Shown piece by piece: positions 26,317 to 32,000 of a DNA stretch of 32,000 nt. The notes beneath the pieces were generated by a model. The model had not been told where the DNA came from. It saw only the letters and a list, made by a program, of their open reading frames with translations, and did not search any database. Each line of letters begins with the position of its first letter. Positions within the stretch are counted from its first letter, which is position 1. The position numbers were made by a program, and so were the translations under genes. This stretch comes from Erysipelothrix larvae (GTDB lineage: Bacteria; Bacillota_I; Bacilli_A; Erysipelotrichales; Erysipelotrichaceae): the NCBI RefSeq assembly GCF_001545095.1, contig NZ_CP013213.1, positions 2,100,001 to 2,132,000 on the forward strand. The letters run 5' to 3'.

Positions 26317-26325
26317 TTTGTGCAC

Positions 26326-26352
26326 AAAAAAAAGCACTCAAGTTGAGTGCTT
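26326..26352 (-). terminator. groEL terminator (AGCACTCAACTTGAGTGCT plus T8 on the minus strand)
   Basis: Read directly from the sequence. Confidence 0.8.
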
Positions 26353-26358
26353 TTGGTC

Positions 26359-28268
<1,910 letters not shown>

Positions 28269-28286
28269 ACAATCCCTCCTTAGAAA

Positions 28287-28313
28287 TTAGCACTCTAAAC
28301 CAATAAGTGCTAA
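28287..28313. promoter_or_regulatory. CIRCE element (HrcA operator) TTAGCACTC-N9-AAGTGCTAA
   Basis: Matches the CIRCE consensus TTAGCACTC-N9-GAGTGCTAA at 17 of 18 arm positions. It lies between the promoter and the groES RBS. Confidence 0.9.
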
Positions 28314-28323
28314 TACATCTTAT

Positions 28324-28351
28324 ATATTATCAAATTTAGCTGATATGTCAA
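28324..28351 (-). promoter_or_regulatory. groESL sigma-A promoter (TTGACA, 16-nt spacer, TAATAT)
   Basis: Read on the minus strand immediately upstream of CIRCE. Confidence 0.6.
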
Positions 28352-28363
28352 GATATAATCATT

Positions 28364-28876
28364 TTAATTTCGTTTTAATAATTTCGCAGGATTCCCAGCG
28401 ACAACACACCCGGGTTCCACGCTTTTGGTGACAACAGAGTTTGCGCCAATCACAGCGTGATCGCCAATCACAATGTCCCCCAACACAATGGCACCCGCAC
28501 CAATGACTACATGATTGCCAATGGTTGGATGGCGTTTTCCTTCATCATGATGACTCTTTGATCCCAAGGTTACTTGGTGGTACATAAAGACGTCGTCACC
28601 CACGATCGCAGTTTCACCAATTACAACACCTGCTCCATGATCAATCACAAATCTTCGACCAATGGTTGCCCCTGGATGAATCTCAATTTGCGTGAAAAAG
28701 CGCCCGACATGTGATACAAATCGAGCTATAAAGAACATTTTATGCGTGTAAAAGAAATGAGCAACCCTATAATACCCACTCGCATGATATCCTGGATATA
28801 AAAGGATAATCTCCAAGATTGACCGTGCAGCAGGATCCATTTTCTTATAGGCTCTTGCGGTTTCAATCCATTTCAT
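28364..28876 (-). CDS. cysE: Serine O-acetyltransferase (short hexapeptide-repeat type)
   Basis: 170 aa. Motifs are [24 protein letters not shown] and the hexapeptide repeats [31 protein letters not shown]. Confidence 0.8.
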   Translation of the reverse strand: MKWIETARAYKKMDPAARSILEIILLYPGYHASGYYRVAHFFYTHKMFFIARFVSHVGRFFTQIEIHPGATIGRRFVIDHGAGVVIGETAIVGDDVFMYHQVTLGSKSHHDEGKRHPTIGNHVVIGAGAIVLGDIVIGDHAVIGANSVVTKSVEPGCVVAGNPAKLLKRN

Positions 28877-28881
28877 CGTAT

Positions 28882-29550
28882 TTAATTCACCCTATTTTCT
28901 AGTGCTTCTTGTATTAATTGAATCACATACGTTCTGTCTTCTTCGCTATTTTCAAAATCCAAGTGATCTACGTTAATCTTAAGGATGGGTGACAGGGTAT
29001 ACGCATCAAAATATTCTGTATATTCTTTGTTGAGTTTTTCCCAATAATCACGTTCAACCACCAATTCGTAATCACGACCTCGTTTTTGAATCCGACGCAT
29101 TGCTTCATCAACCGATACTTCTAAGTAGACCATGAGCTTTGGTCGTGCAACATGTTCCAACATGTTCTCCAGCAGTTCAACATAAATGCCAAACTCTTCA
29201 TCACTCATTTCACCATTTAAGTTTAACATACGTGCAAAGATTGCGTCTCCATAGATGCTTCGATCCATCACGGCATGTTTAACTTGACTTGCTTTTTTAA
29301 TATGTTCAAAACGCTTATTTAAGAAGAACACTTGTAGCGGAAATGAGTAGCGTTTGCGATCATAATAAAACTTATCCAAAATCGGATTATCTACAACCGG
29401 TTCCTCGAATTCTAAATACCCCATATCGCCTAAGATATGCATTAATGAGCTTTTTCCTACGCCCACTACACCTTCAATAACAATCACGTCATACACTCCT
29501 TCTTGAACTTTATTGAGCACTTCTGAATAATTAATTCTCAAATTCATCAC
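28882..29550 (-). CDS. Deoxynucleoside kinase (dAK/dGK/dCK family)
   Basis: 222 aa with P-loop [12 protein letters not shown], motif DRSIYGD and an RGRDYE lid-like motif. Confidence 0.85.
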   Translation of the reverse strand: MMNLRINYSEVLNKVQEGVYDVIVIEGVVGVGKSSLMHILGDMGYLEFEEPVVDNPILDKFYYDRKRYSFPLQVFFLNKRFEHIKKASQVKHAVMDRSIYGDAIFARMLNLNGEMSDEEFGIYVELLENMLEHVARPKLMVYLEVSVDEAMRRIQKRGRDYELVVERDYWEKLNKEYTEYFDAYTLSPILKINVDHLDFENSEEDRTYVIQLIQEALENRVN

Positions 29551-29607
29551 CCTAATTTCTTTCGTCCTATAAAAGCATATTATAGAATTCTCAATTAGGC
29601 AACCTTT

Positions 29608-30537
29608 TCACAAATATGTTTGAATTATTTTCTGTGCTTCTTCTTTGATCCATGAAACCAGCGATTCTGGCTCAATGACTGCCATTGAAGATCCCCCTTC
29701 TAAAATAAAGGACTTCGCCACAAATTTATTTGGGAAGGTTACTTCCAACACATACTGTTTATCATCAAGCCATTCAATCCTTTGATCATCACCCCAAATG
29801 TATTCGCTGAAATAATCACGACTTGATATTAAGACTTTAAGTCGAACTGGATTAATTTTAAATCCAAAATCACTCATGACACCTTTTGATGAATATTGAG
29901 TATCTACAAGATACGATTCATCCAATAAGTCCACGGACACTAAGCGGGATACTCTAAAGCTTACTTGATGGCTGTTTTTAATATACCCATGGACATACCA
30001 TATCTGATCCACTAAGATCAGTTCATAGGGTTCAAAGATATAGCTCTTGGTTTGACGTGGGTTCTTTTGATAGGTAATGGATACCCGTTGATGATGTTCA
30101 ATCGCTTGTTCTAATGTTTTAATATGGGTTTGATATTGAACGCCATCCACATTCAGACGAACACTTTTAAATGCAGAAACGGACACATGATTTCCGGATA
30201 GATCAAACTGATGATAGAGCTTAGAAATTGCACGCACAAAATCACTTCCAAAGGAAGTGTCTTGTTGCGACAACAGCGTCTCTAAGCCCTGTCTCACATG
30301 ATTTATTTCCTCAGTGGTAAAGGCTAGTGGATGAATCTGTGATGAATTCATGAGCCTATATCCCCCACCTGGGCCCATAATCGTTTCGATGCGATAACCG
30401 ATATACTCCAAATCATCACGCATGCGCTGTACAGTTCGTGGTGTCACATTGAATTCTTGGGCCAATTCTTGAATGGACACAATTGATCGCGTTGAAAGCA
30501 TATCAAGCATCAGTAAGGTATCAGTAAGTCGACTCAT
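29608..30537 (-). CDS. WYL-domain transcriptional regulator (YafY-like: HTH, WYL and C-terminal WCX-like domain)
   Basis: 309 aa. N-terminal HTH SIQELAQEFNVTPRTVQRMRDDLEYIGYRIE...GGGYRL. WYL-type segment QIWYVHGYIKNSHQVSFRVSRLVSV. Confidence 0.85.
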   Translation of the reverse strand: MSRLTDTLLMLDMLSTRSIVSIQELAQEFNVTPRTVQRMRDDLEYIGYRIETIMGPGGGYRLMNSSQIHPLAFTTEEINHVRQGLETLLSQQDTSFGSDFVRAISKLYHQFDLSGNHVSVSAFKSVRLNVDGVQYQTHIKTLEQAIEHHQRVSITYQKNPRQTKSYIFEPYELILVDQIWYVHGYIKNSHQVSFRVSRLVSVDLLDESYLVDTQYSSKGVMSDFGFKINPVRLKVLISSRDYFSEYIWGDDQRIEWLDDKQYVLEVTFPNKFVAKSFILEGGSSMAVIEPESLVSWIKEEAQKIIQTYL

Positions 30538-31085
30538 AATAACGCTTCACTTCTCACAGTATAGATTCGTGTTAAGAGTAAATCAAACTCTTCAAACGAA
30601 CCAGCAATCTGACATAACCCGCCCAATGTTAACTCAGGAAGTACACTACTTACCTCAACGATACATTGTCGTGCAAGCAATTCACCATTCATCACACTGC
30701 CCTTAAAGGTCGATCCAGTATAATCTTGGACAAAATCAATGGTAAACTGTAGCCCTAAGTCACGACTTGCGGTTAATAGATTGGGTTCATTGGTTCCAAA
30801 GTAATCAAATAAAGTTGCTTGACCACTCACAATCAAACTGTTCGCTTTAGACGTATTGAACGCAACGCGATATAACATACTGTAGGCTTTATTGAAGCGA
30901 ATTTCATTATAAAAATCATTCGCATCATAACTCGTTTCAAACACCAATGTTACCGATATATCCTTGGAGAACTCTAAACCAAAACGCTTCGTAAACTGAA
31001 GTTTAGATTGTCTCATCAGTTCTTGAATATCATCCATCTGCATTTCCTGGGTAAACTCTTTAATTGAATAGCTGCTTTTTTTCAT
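30534..31085 (-). CDS. Uncharacterised 183-aa cytoplasmic protein, translationally coupled to the WYL regulator
   Basis: Start re-assigned to ATG at 31085 (MKKSSYSIKEF) behind GAGGTGG. Its stop overlaps the WYL ATG (ATGA). No signal peptide, TM segment or family motif that I recognise. Confidence 0.65.
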   Translation of the reverse strand: MKKSSYSIKEFTQEMQMDDIQELMRQSKLQFTKRFGLEFSKDISVTLVFETSYDANDFYNEIRFNKAYSMLYRVAFNTSKANSLIVSGQATLFDYFGTNEPNLLTASRDLGLQFTIDFVQDYTGSTFKGSVMNGELLARQCIVEVSSVLPELTLGGLCQIAGSFEEFDLLLTRIYTVRSEALL

Positions 31086-31118
31086 ATCTGCCACCTCTTG
31101 ATTCAATTATAGTATAAG

Positions 31119-31141
31119 TATACGACAGTTTCAGTCGTATA
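31119..31141. promoter_or_regulatory. Inverted repeat TATACGAC-N7-GTCGTATA overlapping the putative promoter (TATAAT at about 31105-31110 on the minus strand) of the unknown/WYL operon
   Basis: Read directly from the sequence. It lies about 35-55 nt upstream of the ATG at 31085. Confidence 0.5.
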
Positions 31142-31531
31142 TTAAAAACTTTTCAAAAAAAATTTTTTAAACCTTAAATTCCACCTTTTCTTAAGGTAAG
31201 AGGCATAACTCCATCAAGACAAACTTCATAATCACTTCAATCAAACAATCACGTGAGCCGATAATTTACACTTTGACACTATCTTTGAAAGAAACCAATG
31301 AAACAATTGAACCGATTAGTAGAATGCGCTGGGAAAGCATATCAGAGTATTACCACATCATGTGCGAAACCGTATATCAAACTTGCGATGGATTGTGTTT
31401 CGTCTAGATTCTTTTATATAGTGTGGACATTAATCTCATCAAAGCCCCTCAACGCGATATCTTTAAAGTGCTTTATTTAGGAATCCTTTCACCACGATCA
31501 AAAACACAAACCCTTATGCCTTTGTTTATCT

Positions 31532-31560
31532 AAAAAAAAGAACCCTCAAAGTGAAGGTCC
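31532..31560 (-). terminator. rRNA operon terminator (GGACCTTCA-CTT-TGAGGGTTC plus T8 on the minus strand)
   Basis: Read directly from the sequence, just downstream of the 5S rRNA. Confidence 0.75.
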
Positions 31561-31566
31561 TTGATT

Positions 31567-31681
<115 letters not shown>

Positions 31682-31778
31682 CAAATTGAGAGAATCTCTC
31701 AAAACTAAATAATAGAAAGTCGATTGATAAGTTGACGTTGTATCCTTTCGGATGTGTTGTTGTTTATAAGACGTTTGT

Positions 31779-32000
31779 GATTAAAACCTCGATCTATTAG
31801 TATCAGTCAGCTCCATGTATCGCTACACTTCCACCTCTGACCTATCAACCTGATAGTCTTTCAGGGATCTTACTTCTTACGAATGGGAAATCTCATCTTG
31901 GAGTTGGTTTCATGCTTAGATGCTTTCAGCGCTTATCCATTCCATACTTAGCTACCCAGCGGTGCTCTTGGCAGAACAACTGGTACACCAGCGGTATGTC
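31779..32000 (-). rRNA. rrl: 23S ribosomal RNA, 3' end (partial; continues beyond the window)
   Basis: The reverse-complement orientation holds the conserved 23S 3' domain, seen on the plus strand as CTCGATCTATTAGTATCAGTCAGCTCCA...CCACCTCTGACCTATCAACCTGAT...CATGCTTAGATGCTTTCAGCGCTTATCC...AACTGGTACACCAGCGGT. Confidence 0.92.

Noticed and set aside
31142-31531. About 390 bp non-coding stretch with a 60-aa ORF (31298..31480) between the rRNA terminator and the WYL operon
   Set aside because: The ORF has only a weak GAAAG upstream and no recognisable motif. Minus-strand frames are broken. It is possibly a decayed gene, but nothing here can be supported.

Overview
This is a low-GC Bacillota (Firmicutes)-type chromosomal window; the taxon is inferred from gene content and RBS style only, and no searches were run.

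Positions 1 to about 10260 are the right-hand part of an integrated temperate-phage-like element that continues past the left edge. On the minus strand it carries an early operon in this order: Cro-like HTH, small ORFs, KilAC antirepressor, three unknowns, an internal tyrosine recombinase, a 45-aa hydrophobic peptide, a replication module (HTH organizer plus DnaC-like loader), then ParB-like, PcfK/AcrIIA9-like and PcfJ-like proteins. One reverse-oriented moron encoding a membrane protein interrupts this operon. The right end holds a CI/Cro divergent switch with repeated 19-bp operators and a terminal integrase.

The element abuts tandem 11-bp repeats, a duplicated hairpin, a decayed integrase remnant and tRNA-Gln(UUG).

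The rest is core genome:
- pta, an aldo/keto reductase, a frameshifted MFS transporter and a LysR regulator
- a five-tRNA cluster (Val-Thr-Tyr-Lys-Gly)
- an Ada-AraC-AlkA fusion with ogt, and a TtcA-like PP-loop ATPase
- an amino-acid ABC transporter, an M42 aminopeptidase and a dimeric dUTPase
- the NusG-II/Gx-transporter pair, purA, and groES-groEL with a CIRCE operator
- serine acetyltransferase and deoxynucleoside kinase
- a two-gene operon of an unknown 183-aa protein coupled to a WYL-domain regulator
- the 5S rRNA and 3' end of the 23S rRNA of a minus-strand rRNA operon

The best candidates for something undescribed are the prophage moron with its convergent hydrophobic peptide, the unknown-protein/WYL operon with its promoter palindrome, the ParB-PcfK-PcfJ module, and the second recombinase inside the early operon. 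All family assignments rest on motif recognition by eye.
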